Source: Candidatus Sumerlaeota bacterium (GTDB taxonomy: Bacteria > Sumerlaeota > Sumerlaeia > MVZB01 > JAJFLK01). Taken from it: a stretch of DNA of 16,388 bases. Position numbers and translations under genes: made by a program. This document shows, one piece after another, positions 14,575-16,388 of the stretch. The notes under the pieces are model-generated. The model was not told where the DNA came from, did not search any database, and saw only the letters and a program-made list of their open reading frames with translations. Within the stretch, counting starts at the first letter, position 1; every line of letters starts with the position of its first letter. Location: assembly GCA_021772735.1 (NCBI GenBank), contig JAJFLK010000382.1:1-16388 (forward strand). Direction: 5' to 3'.

Positions 14575-14603
14575 TGTGTATCCCCCAATTCATCGATCCG
14601 CAT

Positions 14604-14906
14604 TTAGCGGAAGTATTTGGAATAAATCAGAGCTCCAAAGAGTACAATCGGAACAGTAAGAAAGATGAGCGCGAAAATTATGAGCGATTGAGACAACTTC
14701 AGTTGTGTCGAGCGGCCTCGCGTTTTCTCATAACCCAGCAAGCCAATTACGATCAGAGCGAACGCCGCTGGGCCGACAAGCCCCCAGTTCCAATTCCAAT
14801 CGGAGTTCACTGCGAAAGTGAAGAGGAGGAACGCGATCCAGACGATCCAGGCGATCCACCAGATCCACATCAGAGGGGTCATCTTTTTCTTTGCCTGGTC
14901 ATCCAT
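14604..14906 (-). CDS. Small Trp-rich integral membrane protein (100 aa, about 3 TM), hypothetical
   Basis: MDDQAKKKMTPLMWIWWIAWIVWIAFLLFTFAVNSDWNWNWGLVGPAAFALIVIGLLGYEKTRGRST...IIFALIFLTVPIVLFGALIYSKYFR. It is packed tightly between the ACAD stop (13-nt gap) and the CoA-transferase start (29-nt gap) on the same strand. G+C is clearly lower than in the flanking genes. Confidence 0.6.
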   Translation of the reverse strand: MDDQAKKKMTPLMWIWWIAWIVWIAFLLFTFAVNSDWNWNWGLVGPAAFALIVIGLLGYEKTRGRSTQLKLSQSLIIFALIFLTVPIVLFGALIYSKYFR

Positions 14907-14919
14907 TAAAGCGATCCCG

Positions 14920-16071
14920 CTATGAACTCAATCCCATCTGCTTGGCGATGATGTGTTTCATAATCTCGTTTGATCCGGCGAAGATCGATTCGACGCGGAA
15001 ATCGCGGAACGCTCGGCAGATCGGGTATTCCTCCATGTAACCATAACCGCCGAAAAGTTGCAGGCACTCGTGAACGACGCGGAAGTTCATGTCCGTAATC
15101 CACCACTTGGCCATCGAGATTTCCTTGCTCAGGTTCTTACCCGCCATGTGATCGGCGATCAGGCGATCAATGAAAACCCGGCCGAGCTCGATCTGCGTCG
15201 CGCATTCGGCGAGCTTGAACTGTGTGTTCTGATACGTCGAAAGCGGCTTGCCGAAAACCTCGCGCTCTTTGACGTAAGCAAGTGTCTCGCCCAGCGTCCA
15301 TTCGGCCTCGACCTGCGAGGCGACGGCGATGACGAGCCGCTCCTGCTGGAGGTTATCCATCAGGTAATAGAAACCCTTGCCGGCCTCGCCGAGAAGGTTA
15401 CCGGCGGGGATTCGGCAATCCTCGAAGAAAAGCTCCGACGTATCCGACGCCTTGCGTCCCATTTTCTTCAGGTTCAGGCCACGGCGGAAACCGGGCGCAT
15501 CCCCCTCGACAACAAACAGACTGAGCCCGCGGTGGGCAGGTTCGGCATTGGGATCGGTACGGGCGACGACAACGACGAGGTCGCAAATCTGTCCGTTGCT
15601 GATGAACGTCTTCTGGCCGTTCAAGACCCACTCGTCGCCGTCGAGCACGGCGGTCGTCCGGACTCCAGCCAGGTTCGAGCCAATGCCGGGTTCGGTCATG
15701 GCGATCGCAAGGACGGCATCGCCGTTGATAATCCTCGGCATCCAGCGCTCTTTCTGCTCGTCGTTCGAGATGCGATCGATGTATGGGCCGACGATGTCGT
15801 TATGCAATTCGAGCATGAACCCGATGACGCGATGGCGCGCGACCTCCTCGGCCATGATGACCGAGTAAAGGAAATCCGCTTCGGAGCCGCCGTATTTCTC
15901 GGACGCCCAGGGGCAGAGGAAACCATTGCGCCCGGCGAGCGTCCAGAACTCGCGGTCGACCTTGCCCTGGCTTTCCCAGCGGTCGTAATTCGGGACGGCT
16001 TCGGTTTGCAGGAATTTGGAGAAGGCATCGCGAAAGATGCGGTGTTCCTCGCCGAAAAGTGTTCGCTCCAT
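14920..16071 (-). CDS. Acyl-CoA dehydrogenase
   Basis: The 383-aa protein has AMTEPGIGSNLAGVRTTAV...DGDEWVLNGQKTFISNG (an ACAD middle-domain motif) and a C-terminal QLFGGYGYMEEYPICRAFRDFRVESIFAGSNEIM segment. The ATG at 16071 is 6 nt after the stop of the upstream ligase. Confidence 0.9.
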   Translation of the reverse strand: MERTLFGEEHRIFRDAFSKFLQTEAVPNYDRWESQGKVDREFWTLAGRNGFLCPWASEKYGGSEADFLYSVIMAEEVARHRVIGFMLELHNDIVGPYIDRISNDEQKERWMPRIINGDAVLAIAMTEPGIGSNLAGVRTTAVLDGDEWVLNGQKTFISNGQICDLVVVVARTDPNAEPAHRGLSLFVVEGDAPGFRRGLNLKKMGRKASDTSELFFEDCRIPAGNLLGEAGKGFYYLMDNLQQERLVIAVASQVEAEWTLGETLAYVKEREVFGKPLSTYQNTQFKLAECATQIELGRVFIDRLIADHMAGKNLSKEISMAKWWITDMNFRVVHECLQLFGGYGYMEEYPICRAFRDFRVESIFAGSNEIMKHIIAKQMGLSS

Positions 16072-16077
16072 GATGGC

Positions 16078-16388
16078 CTAGTTGACCTGCCTTCCCTCGC
16101 CCCAGTAGGCCTCGCGCAGACTGCGCTTCAAGATCTTGCCCGCGCCGGATTTGGGCAGGGCTTCCATGAACTCGACCGATTGCGGACACTTGAAATGAGC
16201 CAGGCGCTCGCGGCAGAACTCGATGATCTCGATGTCGCTCGAGGCTTCGCCCTCGTTCATGACGACGAAGGCCTTGACCACCTCGCCCCATTTTTCGCTC
16301 GGCACGCCGATGACGGTCGTCTCGAGCACGCCGGGGAACTGCATGAGCACGTTCTCGACCTCGGTCGTATAGATGTTCTCGCCGCCGG
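16078..16388 (-). CDS. AMP-dependent synthetase/ligase (acyl-CoA synthetase), C-terminal fragment running off the window
   Basis: The minus-strand frame is open to the window edge: ...GGENIYTTEVENVLMQFPGVLETTVIGVPSEKWGEVVKAFVV...ALPKSGAGKILKRSLRE. The C-terminal PKTxSGKIxR-type lysine motif of adenylate-forming enzymes is present. Confidence 0.85.
   Translation of the reverse strand, partial: GGENIYTTEVENVLMQFPGVLETTVIGVPSEKWGEVVKAFVVMNEGEASSDIEIIEFCRERLAHFKCPQSVEFMEALPKSGAGKILKRSLREAYWGEGRQVN

Noticed and set aside
1-16388. CRISPR arrays, IS elements, integrases, rRNA/tRNA genes
   Set aside because: No regularly spaced direct repeats longer than 20 nt. No transposase (DDE), recombinase (R-H-R-Y) or terminal inverted-repeat signatures. 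No rRNA-like or cloverleaf-forming segments anywhere in the window.

Overview
This is a high-G+C bacterial chromosomal window of about 16.4 kb. I found no rRNA, tRNA, CRISPR array, transposase or integrase, so it reads as a mosaic of housekeeping and accessory-looking modules rather than a mobile element. From the 5' end to the 3' end:

(1) Minus strand, 1..1195: a tetrapyrrole pair. The N-terminal fragment of a uroporphyrinogen-III C-methyltransferase (CobA/CysG-like) overlaps the stop of hemC (porphobilinogen deaminase) in an ATGA start/stop overlap.

(2) Minus strand, 1399..2568: recX with no recA next to it, followed by a 106-aa hypothetical protein.

(3) Plus strand, 2816..3418: a four-helix membrane protein of unknown function.

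(4) Minus strand, 3453..5764: two translationally coupled family-1 glycosyltransferases.

(5) Plus strand, 5911..7296: a 461-aa protein whose N-terminus looks like a YkgJ/FliB-type cysteine-rich Zn/Fe-chelating domain, fused to a roughly 330-aa helical domain of unknown function. It has a possible leaderless promoter.

(6) Minus strand, 7303..8688: a secreted HExxH zinc metallopeptidase that is unusually rich in methionine. It is divergent from a two-gene cassette on the plus strand (8910..10006) that encodes a two-TM SPFH/band-7 protein and an Arc-type ribbon-helix-helix protein. A palindrome-rich intergenic region lies between them, and a lower-G+C spacer follows the cassette.

(7) Plus strand, 10271..13388: a sigma70-like promoter with a perfect 12-bp palindrome between the -35 and -10 elements. 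It drives a membrane protein, a GTGA-coupled 65-aa XRE-family HTH regulator, and an 811-aa secreted beta-lactamase-fold serine hydrolase with a large C-terminal extension.

(8) Minus strand, 13393..16388: an acyl-CoA cluster of an acyl-CoA synthetase C-terminus, an acyl-CoA dehydrogenase, a low-G+C Trp-rich small membrane protein, and a family III CoA-transferase.

The best candidates for undescribed biology are the SPFH/Arc cassette with its divergent Met-rich protease, the YkgJ-fusion protein, and the XRE/membrane/hydrolase module. All functional assignments come from reading the sequence for family motifs. I could not run any database searches.
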